From: the human T2T-CHM13v2.0 reference genome, Homo sapiens
NCBI RefSeq assembly: GCF_009914755.1
Contig: NC_060940.1
Reading direction: 5' to 3' (one strand)
DNA length: 64,000 nt
Position numbers and translations under genes: made by a program. Position 1 is the stretch's first letter. Each line of letters starts with the position of its first letter. The notes below the pieces were generated by a model, which had not been told where the DNA came from, did no database searches, and was given only the letters and a program-made list of their open reading frames with translations. Of this stretch, positions 63,971-64,000 are shown in pieces.

Positions 63971-64000
63971 CAGGCACAGCGGCTCACGCCTGCAATCCCA

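Overview
Human (or great-ape) genomic DNA, extremely Alu-dense, matching the 16p13.3 MEIOB locus. The minus strand carries MEIOB exons 1-10: a non-coding exon 1 in a CpG island at ~29.4-30.3 kb, the ATG at 24042, and codons 1-293 reconstructed across nine coding exons with consistent phases. The 3' exons lie left of the window. Almost all ORFs in the supplied track are Alu or L1 artefacts. Main observations: (1) the MEIOB exon-3 donor reads A|GCTGAGT, a perfect GTGAGT donor with one extra C; (2) a decayed multi-exon protein-coding gene, which I could not identify, runs on the + strand head-to-head with MEIOB (~32.7-49.8 kb, antisense to the probable LINC00254) with phase-compatible splice sites; (3) a 2.7-kb block containing older repeats and unique DNA sits inside a TSD-bounded L1PA 3' fragment; (4) a ~350-bp Alu-Alu micro-inversion and four locally templated insertion scars; (5) a 22-bp GC-box VNTR and MYB, E2F and E-box motifs at the MEIOB promoter. 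Repeat subfamily calls and reference comparisons come from recall and were not computed.
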